NCBI GenBank assembly: GCA_016748015.1
Contig: JAAOMT010000057.1
Location: 547,536 to 611,535, forward strand
Length of the DNA stretch: 64,000 nt
Origin: Geosiphon pyriformis uo1
Lineage: Eukaryota; Fungi; Glomeromycota
Direction: 5' to 3'
Positions 54,262 through 64,000 of the stretch are shown piece by piece. The notes under the pieces are model-generated. The model searched no databases and had not been told where the DNA came from. It saw only the letters and a program-made list of their open reading frames with translations. A program made the translations under genes and the position numbers. Numbering within the stretch: position 1 is the first letter of the stretch; the number at the start of each line of letters is the position of its first letter.

Positions 54262-55123
54262 TATTACAGAGAATTATTTCTGCTATTGAAGTAAATAACA
54301 ACCCGTAACTTGGTGCTCATGAAGCTACTTCTGTTGATGAGGTTTTGCGAACGTTGTATCTGAAAGTTTTGATGAAGTCCTTTATATAATAGACAGAGAT
54401 TCAATAGTTGTTTTATCTGTAGCTTCCCAGACTTGCAAGTCTGTCAATTTTTTTCTCGGCTTGGTGGCCGGCAATCCTCTAATAAGTAATCCATATCTTC
54501 TGTATGTGTTCTACCCTCTCACAAGGGTCTTTTACCAGGCAATCTTTGATGTTAGTAATCAGTGCTTTTTAATCAATGAGTTAATGCACAATAATAAATC
54601 AAAATAAAATAAAAAAAATAAGAGAAAAATAAAGAAAGAAAAGAAATAAGCCAAGACAATTTGCAGATTAGTATTCCATCAATAGCCATGATCAAAAGCT
54701 ATTGTTCCAGTGTAGTTAAGTATCACTTATTATCAACATGAAGTATTGATAGTGGAGAGTGGATTGAGATATGGAATAATTATTTATTTGATGATTTTTG
54801 TTTTTAGGCTAAGGATTCTGTGGTATCGATTCTGTCTTTTCTGTTTCTAATACTACCACTATATATACATAATTGAGATTCCTCAATTTCTCGATTCTTC
54901 ATGACAGGAATCCTGGAATTCCTGGAATCCTGTGATTTTTTTGAGAGGAATCCTGGAATTCTGGAATCCTGCAATTTCTCATCGGGGAATTCTAAAATTT
55001 CTGGAATCCTGTAATTCCTGAGAGGAATCCTGGAATTTCACATTTACTACACTTACTTCTGATTGGCTAATAATTATGCTAATATATTTCTTATATTTCT
55101 ATGAGTAACATTATTCTCTCCTT

Positions 55124-55774
55124 TTAATATTGAGCTCCGTCAAAATCCAACTCATGTAATTTTCTCTCTTGAAGTATTTTCTGGATTTCGTTTTCAAGAA
55201 TTATTTGTGTTATTTGGGTCTGTACTTCTTCAAATTGAGCGTTGGTGATTTTTCCCAATTAATTACTGGTGACTATATCCATTGCTTTGTTGAGCAATAT
55301 TTCTGGTTTATCCTGAAATGCTGTGTGTATTTGGTATATGGCTCGGGCTTATGTAGATAAGTTGTTCTTTCCCACAAAATGTTCTAATTGTTGTAGTATT
55401 CTTTTGTTGAATAATCGCTTTGTTTTATCTGTATATAAATTCTGGATATTTATGTGTTGTCCCAAGTAAAAATAATAATAGTTTCTTGGAAATTGTTGTA
55501 TCCATTAATTCCAAGTTTCTTTAGTCAACTCTTAATATAGTGACTCTTTTGTCGATTCTTTTATTGCTAATTTTACTTTCGCCATGATTTTGTCCACTGT
55601 ATCTTCAGTTTTCTTTGGTGTTCTGAGTTGCAATGTCTTTCTAATATCTTGATATCGAATGGTTTGTTGGTTGATTGTAATCTCTATTTCCTGGTGTTGG
55701 ATTAATTGAAAGAGTTGTTATGCTAGTGTGTGAATGTTGTCTGTAATTTCCATTTTTCTGATATTTTCTGTCAT
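55124..55774 (-). pseudogene. Extra 3' ORF (env position) of Gypsy family A, unknown function
   Basis: The frame MTENIRKMEITDNIHTL...YYYFYLGQH...DFDGAQY* fills the space between integrase and PPT, with a few transition-derived stops. A homologue is present in A1 at ~33580-34235. Confidence 0.7.
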
Positions 55775-58700
55775 GTCTACTATGTCTTTATATATTCTTT
55801 TGATTGATCAATTTAACGTGTTGTTGTTAATAATAACTATTGGTTCCAGATCTCGTGGAATCTCATCTGGTTAGACTAGTATTCTCTGTACTCCTAATTG
55901 TAAAATATTACTGATAGATGGTAGTGTGATGTCACGATATGGCTTCAGTCAATCTCTATGTGCTGCTTTGGTTAAAATTTTGTTATTCAATCTTAATTTG
56001 TAAGCTCTATTTTCTAGAATTTCTTCTATGTGAAATGGTCCATCCCATTTGGGATCAAATTTTCCACTCCATTGTTTTTCCGCTTTGGTATGATGTAGTA
56101 ATACTTTGTCTCCAATCTTGAATTCAACTGGTTTGTCTAGTAGTTGACTATTGTGTCTTTCTTTCTGTTTTTCTTGTGACTTTTGAATATTATCAGCTGC
56201 TCTTCTTCATTTGTTTTCCAATGTTTCTATTAAGTTATATGTTCTTCTCGGCAATGTTTCTTGAAAATTTTCTTCTGTTATTGGTTTAGCTGGATATGTA
56301 TTAATTTCTCTCTCTACTGGTAATGTTGCTGTTCTCTCATATACTAATTCAAATGGTGTTGCTTGTATAGTATCTTGTTTCATTGTCCAATAAACAAATA
56401 GTACTGATGGTATGAACAAATCCCAATCATTCTGGTTTTCTTGATTGAGCTTAGTTATTGCTTTACACAGTGTTCTATTGAATCTTTCTACTAATCCATT
56501 GGTTTGTGGATGGTATGGTGATGATAATGGTCTCTTGATTCCGAATCTTTGGCTCAATTCTGTTAATGTTTTGTTCACAAAATAAGTTCCTTGGTCTGAT
56601 AATAATTCTTTTGGACATCTATGTCGACAAATCAAATCCTGATGAACGAATTCAGCAACGAATTTTGCATCTGCTCTTTGAATTGCTTTTGCCTCTGGCC
56701 ATTTAGTGAGATAGTCCATAGCTACTGCTATGTATCTGTTTCCTCTGCTGGTAATTGTTAATGGTCTGACTAAATCAATTCCAATATGGTCAAATGGTTG
56801 TCCCACTTTGATTGGTCTTAATAGTTCACTAGGTCTTGTTTCTCCTCTTCACTGACAAGCATCACAATTTTGAACATATTGAATGATGTCTGAGTACATT
56901 GATGGCCAATAGAATCTCTTTCTGGTTCTTTCCATGGTTGCTTCTTTGTGAAAATGTCCTGCTGTTGGATTTGAGTGCATGTTGAATAATATTGTCTCTT
57001 TTTCTGGCTCTGTAATTACTTTGGTTGGTTGATCTGGATCCCTTCTATTTTTCCGATAAAGTATATTTTGGTAAGTGATAAAATATTTTGATTGTTGTTT
57101 GATACTCTTTCATTCCATTTGAGATAAATTTTCCTTGAACTGTTGAGTGTTTATATAATGTTGCAATTGTTAATATTTTTGTATATTCATCTTTTGTTGT
57201 ATTTTTCTGTTGGTATTGTTCTGGTTTTGTTATATTTTTGGGTTGAAATGTTCTTAGATTTGTCTCATTCGCGATAAACCATCTGCATTTCTGTTGTCTT
57301 TTCCTTTTTTATAATGTATAATATACTTATATAGTGTGAGTGCCATTTTCCATCTTAACTGTTTTCCATCTCCAAATTTTTGTTTTTGAAGTAATGTTAA
57401 TTTTTTGTGATTTGTGTACACCTCAAACTTCTGGCTCAAATATTCTTTCCATTTCATGACTGACCAGTATATTGCTAAGTGTTTTTTTTCCAGTGTTCCA
57501 TAGTTCTTTTTGGCTGGTGTTAAACCTCTGCTGGCATATGCCACTGAATGTTCTCTGCCGTCTGGTCCTTTTTAAGGTAGTACTGCTCCTAATGCCTGGC
57601 CGGATGCATCTGTGGTGATGATAAATGGTTTGCTGTGATCTGAATAGATCAGTACTGGAGCTTATATAAGCTTTCTTTTTAGAATATCAAAAGCTTTTTG
57701 TTGACTTTCAGTTTATTCATATTTTGTATCTTTGTTTTGCAGTTGGTTGAATGGCTGCGCTATCTTGGAAAAGTTCTTAATAAAACATCAATAGTAGCTG
57801 GCAAATCCCAAGAATGATTTCAATTCTGTCATATTGGTCAGCACTGGAAAGTTCTTTACTATCTCTATTTTCTCTGGATTTGTTTTGATGCCATTTTTGC
57901 TGACTATATGTTTCAAGAATTTTAGTTTTGTCTTGCCGAAGAAGCACTTTGTTGCATTTAACTTTAGTTCTGCTCTTTTTAGTCTTTCGAACACTTGTTG
58001 AAGATGATGAAGATGATCATCAAACATTTTTGAGAATACATTAGTGTTGTCCAAATATACAACTACTGATTTCCACAATAAGCCAGTATAAATGATTTCC
58101 ATTAGCCATTGGAAAGTTGCTGGGGCATTGATTAAGCCGAATGGCATCACTTCAAATTTGAAATTCCCTTCTCTAGTAGTAAATGCCATCTTCTTTTTGT
58201 CAGCTAGATTCATGGCTACTTGCCAGTAACTGCTGTCCAAATCTAATGTTGAGAACCATTTGTTTCCACTGAAAGCATTGAATAATTCCTGTATTCATGG
58301 AGTTGGATAACTGTCTCCACAAGTTACACCATTGAGTTTCCTGTAGTCTACACAAAACTGGAATTTTCCATTCTTCTTATGGACAAGTACCACTGGTAAT
58401 GACCATGGGCTCATTGATGGTTGAATTAGCCCATTGTCAAGCATTCTGTTTATCTCTTGACGAATGATTTTGTGGCTGGCTGGTGGCACTCTGTATACTC
58501 TTTGTTTAATTGGCATTGCATCTTCAGTCTTGATCTGATGCTGGATGATGTCAGTTTGGCCAAACTTATTTTTGCTGGCAAAGATGTCATTGAAATTGTT
58601 GAGTAACATCTTAAGCTGCATACATTGGAGTGGATCTAAGTTTCCCATGTTTATTTGTTCCAATTGTTCTGGTTGGAACAAATAACATTCATTTCGTTCA

Positions 58701-59084
58701 TAGATTGTTTGTGATGTGATGTCAACATATCCACAAAGTTGTGAAAAGTCTGAAATGGGGTTTGGTAGTTGGTTTTCTATTTCTGTGATTACATATCCGA
58801 TGGTGGTTTCTTCTGGTATGTTGATGACATTACCAGTGTTGTTGTAGATGGGAATTTTTATGCTGCTATAGCTTTTTGCTGGTATGTGGAGATTGATTAA
58901 CCCAATCTCTCCTGATTCACAAAGATTTGCTTCAGCTTCAAAAATTTGTCCTTGCTCCTTTTTTTTCCTTCTTATTGTTAGTATGTACTGGCTATATGGT
59001 GGAATGGAAATAGCTTGACTGGTTAAGATAATTTCTCCTTGGCCAACAATTTTTTCCTCTGCCATATTAACTGGTACATTTATT

Positions 59085-59500
59085 CTACCTGTTGATCCAA
59101 ATCCCTGTATTTCTCTTGCTGTTATTCCTAATTTCTCTCTCTTTCCCACTGATACTAACTGAGTTACTCTAACCAGAGGCAGAAATATTGCCTGTGCTAT
59201 CTTTTCATTAGGCTCTATTATGTAGGCCTTTTCTGAGTCATTTTGTAGCATAGTGATGATATTTCCTACATATCCCACGTCAATTATTCCTCCTCTTATA
59301 TTGATCCCTCTTTTCGCTAAACTACTCCTAGATGCTAATTGAATCATTGTTGTTGCCAAAATTTCTAGTGCTATTTTCAGATCAATGCAGGTGCATAAAT
59401 GCGGTTCCAATTTGATGACATCTTTTTTTGAATATCTCAAATCAAACTCTGCATCTGTATTATGCACATGTTCTGGCATAATACCCTCCCCATTGTCACT
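59085..59500 (-). pseudogene. Retroelement-encoded trimeric dUTPase domain
   Basis: Motifs DAEFDL (I), LASRSSL (II), GGIIDVGYVG (III), KIAQAI (IV) and REIQGFGSTG (V). Confidence 0.92.
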
Positions 59501-62500
59501 ATACCATTTCAACTTTTGTTTCTTGGAGAGATCTGGTAGTGCAATATATTGTTCATGGTTTAAATCGGAGTTTGAATCTGAGTTGGAATTGTTTTTGTTG
59601 TCATTGCCATTTTGAATGGAGCTGAAACCGATGTTTTTGTCATCGTTGTCGAAGTCTGGATCATGATTGATCAGCAATTCTAATTCCGATGCACAGCTGC
59701 TGATTGGTTTTTCTTCTTCAGGGATTAAGTAGATTATGCATGGTGGTGGATTGTAAAGGAGATCACAATCGTCACAATATTCAAAGTCACTGGGAATTAA
59801 ACAATGGTGACACAGTCTTGTATTCAACTGTGCTAGCCGTTGTTCTTGCTCTTCTCTAGTGGGTGCCAAGTTTTGGTAGTGTTCATAGAACTTTTTGAGT
59901 TCCAGAGAATTTATGGCTGGCTCTGCGTTCCAGTCAAGCTCGATGGGTTTTGGTGGGTTGTTTTTGATTTTTCTGATCTCTTTGGATGTCACTTCTTCTA
60001 TTTTGGCAATTGCTATTCTCCACAATTTGTTGTCGTCATGTGGACAACTGTCTAGTCACTGCATGGCTCTTCTCCAGACTGTTTCTATTGGGATTCCTTT
60101 TCTTACCCAGTTGCTTATTAAAATTGTGTATTGACACAACATGTTGCATGTTTCTTCATATCCTGGGATGTCATTCCATATCTCTTCATCTAGTAGGGTC
60201 TTTTCACAAGTGAGACAAGGTTGGTTATCCCATTTTCCTTGCCTCTTTGGTCATCCAAAGTGTTTGAGTAAGCATGGACAACAGTAAAACTTTGTTGCAG
60301 TGTGGTATTCCTCATTGTCGCCACAGCATACGCCCATTGACAACAGTTTCTTGCCGCAATCAATGCATACCAGCCTGGCCATCAATAATTGGATTGTTGT
60401 GAAATGTGGTGGATGTAGGAATTATAACTGTCAGTTGTTGGTGGCATTCTTTCTTCCTTTTCTTTTCTTTTTCCCTTATCTTCATTTCATTCCCGACTTG
60501 AGACTTCTTTTTGTTTATTATTGGTCCAAGTTAGATTGTTGGTTTCTCAGGTAAGTTCCTCTTTTTGCTTTTCCTTGGGGTTGTTGTCCCACAATAGTAC
60601 TGGTGGTAGCTTGTAGTGGTCTTTGTCATTGGTCCCAGCATTGATAGTGGTTTCACAGGTAGGTTTTTTTTTTTGCTCCTCTTTTCCGTTGTTATTGTCG
60701 TCCTAGGCGAGTATTGGCGGTAGCTCATTGTGGTCGGCATCAGCCCACAAGACTTGGTATGCTTTCCAGGTAGGTTTTTCTTTCTCCTTCTCCAGTTTGA
60801 TCAATAGTTTCTCTCTTAGAAGAGTCTTGAAATGGCCACACGTGGCCGGTACACATATGTGTTAGTCCTGATATGTTAGGTGGAGTTCCTGGATGTTTGA
60901 GTCTAATGTCGCATTGACTTTGAATAGCCAGTTATTACCAACAAGAGCTTAGTATTGAGTGGCTTCTATTACTAGAACTTTAATGGAAGTCACAATATCA
61001 TTGACTTCAAAAGGAAAGTTGTCGATTTCACTGATTAGAGTTTTGGTCACTCCATCAACTGTAATGATTCTAGTGCTGGCAGCTTAATCAACTTGGCAAC
61101 CTAATTGATTCATGAGTTGTCATGTGATGATACTGCCTACTGAACCACCATTGAGAATCAATTTAATAGATTGACCATCAATCTTAGCATCTGTGTACAT
61201 CACGGTAATGGGTTTTTCATCAAGAGTGGCTCCACTAAATAATGGTGTACTTGATGGTTCTTTGATCTCGAATGGGAAGATGGCGGTTAGTAATTCATCA
61301 TTGGTGACTGTTGCTGGCGGAATATTACTGGTAAGTGTTTGTTGTTTTTGGGTGGGTTCCTGGTTGCTAGTTGAAGCATTTTCTGGGGTAACCAAGAGAC
61401 TTAAATAGTGTTGGGAAGTCGGGTTTTGGGTGGCGCCTGTACCCAAATTCCAAGAATGGGATCCTAAGCTCTGATGAGAGGAGCTGGGGACCAGTTGATG
61501 AACAACCATTGCTGATCTCCAATTTTGAGCAATTCTGGGTCTTGGGTTTCCTGATGTCATTGTAGCTGAGTTTTGGAGCGGTGTTTGGATTGATGGTTGA
61601 GACCAATAAATTATTTGGGACTGTGGCTAATAAATTACTGGAGACTGCTGTTGATAAATTGAAGGTTAATATATTGGTGGTTGATAAATTGGTTGCTACA
61701 TCATTGGCAGGTAAGTAGTTTGATATTGGTCTTGATCTTGATTCAGATAACAATTCAGAGTTTGGAACTGGCGATCAGGATTTCTGTATTGATTTCCTGA
61801 TCGTTGGTTGCTATAAGTATGGCAATTAACTCGAATATGCCTTGTTTATCACAGTTGTGGCAAGCACGCATTTCCAGCTGCCATGGTAGACTAGATGTAA
61901 TCAAAGATGATGACCATGATTGATTTTGGAAACGATTCGCATTTTCTGAATTATGGCGTTGTTGTGATGTTTGATATATGGTGCAATTGTCAGCTAAGTA
62001 TTCCTCTAGTTTCTGATTAATTGACTCACTGAACTGTTTCAGTTTGGAGTCCAATTCAGATGATTCATTTATTACTAGGTTTACTGCTTGGGTGTGGTTG
62101 GCTTCTAACTCAGCTGCTTCAAAATCTCTGGCATGTGTAACTGCGATAAGAAGGTCAACTGGATGCATTGGATGTACTCGCTGGAGAAGATTACTGCACA
62201 AACCTCTAATAAATTGGTTTAAAATCTGTGGCACTGTAAAATAGTTAGCTTGAATTGCTTGGATCTGGCATAAGTTTCTATGGAAGCGTCCCAAGTAAGT
62301 GGTGACTGCTTCAGTATCTCCTTGTTTGATGGTAGTAAAAAGATTGGCTAATTTGTTGATACTATTATTGTTGCTGAAATATCTTATGAATTTTGTCTTG
62401 AAGTTGTTGAAGTTTTGGGGTTTAACATCTAGACTTTGATACCATGCATCTGCAGTGTCTTTTAGAAAGTATGGGATGGCTTGAAATGCTTAGGCATCAT

Positions 62501-63611
62501 TCCATCCATTTGCAGTAATGGCTTTCTCTACATTATTCAGCCATACTTGCACGTCATCTTCTTCGCCAGTAAAGTTGTCAAGTTTTGTGATTGGTGTGTA
62601 GGCCATTGGATCTAAGTTGGATTGTTGTGGTGGCTGTTGAAGTGGTTGTTGTTGTACTGGTTGTTGGGGTGGTAGTTGAAATAACTGTTGTATGAGTTTG
62701 GCTACTAGATTAATTGGCAGTTGATCGATGATGATTACTGGAGATAAGTTTTGCTGATTACTTAATTCGGGATTTGGATTGTTCTGCTTTTGATGATTCG
62801 GGTTTTGATTTCCAAATTTTCTAGATTTAGACTTTGCTGAGCTTGAAAATTCAGGGTTTTAACTTCCAGGTTTTCAGTGATTGGGTTTTGGTAAGTAAAT
62901 TTTTGATCTTCCAATTCTTCTTCTGATAGTTCCCATGGGGTAGTGATTCCAAAGTCTGGTTGAGGTGGCAGTGATCGAATTCCTGATGGAGTTGGTAATC
63001 ATGATTTAAATCCTTCAAAATACGCTCCGTATGGCCCTAGTAAATCTTCTTTCTGTTGTTTGCTTTGGAACTAGAATCTTCCAACTGTTAATGTTGTATT
63101 TGAGGTGGATGTGTTTGCTGATAAGATGTTAATGGCACTTCCAGGTGTGTAGTGATATGATGGAGCAGTTGGTGATTCTACTCTGTGCTTCTTCCAACTA
63201 GGTAATTGTATTCCTTTTGGTATTGCTGTTGGTGTTTGTATTCTTCCTTTACCTTTGTCTACATAGGTAATAGGAAATTGTTGTTGAATGTACTTTTCAA
63301 TAGTCTGGTTGATTTCTCTAATTATTGGTGCAAAACTATAGTTCCTTGGTAAGTTGGTGTGTTGGAATAATTCTGTGTAAAAGTTTTCTCTTGCTGTTTC
63401 AATGTTAACTGTTCCTCCTAAGCATTCAGTGATTCTGTCGTTGATGTAAAAGTTGAAGGCTGATTCGGCTGGATAATGATTACTGTTTAATCCTAATTGT
63501 TAGCTGTATTGTTGAAACAAGGATTTCGCGAATTCTAAATGGTTTGCTCCTATATTTTCTGATTCTGCCATGTTTAGATTTGGGTTGGTGCTGGTTCTCT
63601 GTAGAATTATA

Positions 63612-63630
63612 CCTTACAGGGAGCACCAAA
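63612..63630 (-). other. Primer binding site TGGTGCTCCCTGTAAGG
   Basis: Immediately internal to the 5' LTR and starting TGG (complement of tRNA CCA). A degenerate copy is at 46146-46164. Confidence 0.85.
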
Positions 63631-64000
63631 TATTACAGAAGATTATTTCTGCTGTTGAAGTAAATAACAACCCATAACTTGATGTTCATGAAGCTACTTC
63701 CATTGATAAGGTTTTGCGAGTGTTGTATCTGAAGGTTTTGATGGAGTCTTTTGTATAATGAACAGAGATTCAATAGTTGTTTTATCTGTAGCTTCCCAGA
63801 CTTGCAAGTCTGTCAATTCTTTTCTCGGCTTGGTGGCCGGCAATCTTCTGGTAAGTAATCTGTATCTTCTGTACATGTCCTACTCTCTTACAGGGGTCTT
63901 TTACCAGGCAATCCTTGATGTCAGTAATCAGCACTTTTCAATCAATGAGTTAGTACACAATAATAAATCAAAATAAAATAAAGAAAATAAGAGAAAAATA

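Larger units (their letters stand above)
54262..64000 (-). mobile_element. Near full-length Gypsy family A element A3 (LTRs 54262-55110 and 63631 to beyond 64000)
   Basis: Two direct-repeat LTRs, PBS at 63612-63630, PPT at 55111-55121, and a single gag-pol frame (63571 to ~55800) with scattered stops. The 576-aa ORF spans CxxC, dUTPase and RT start; IN ORF at 56207-56806. Confidence 0.95.

Overview
Eukaryotic, intron-rich fungal genomic DNA. The gene and transposon content suggests Glomeromycotina, possibly a Geosiphon-like lineage, but the host assignment is inference. The window has three compartments. (1) About 1-10.4 kb: extremely AT-rich, decayed LINE-like retrotransposons (APE-RT-RNase H-CCHC) plus a solo LTR. 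(2) About 10.7-29.9 kb: a gene island of normal GC and CpG content. It holds a spliced DUF427 gene missed by the ORF track, a SETMAR-like SET methyltransferase, a homeodomain TF, TRM8, a UBA-USP25/28-like protein lacking the catalytic Cys, a membrane protein, an N-formylglutamate amidohydrolase-like gene, HIT1/ZNHIT3 and an alkenal/prostaglandin reductase. A frameshifted IS607-type element (serine recombinase plus TnpB/Fanzor2-like nuclease) sits between two divergent genes. (3) About 30-64 kb: a nested stack of Ty3/Gypsy LTR elements inserted into a LINE. One family carries a Cys-rich insert plus dUTPase between protease and RT, and two families carry an extra env-position ORF. The retroelements show transition-only (C>T/G>A) hypermutation in CpG and non-CpG contexts, resembling RIP; the genes and the IS607-Fanzor relic do not. 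Exon boundaries and element ends were read by hand and are approximate.
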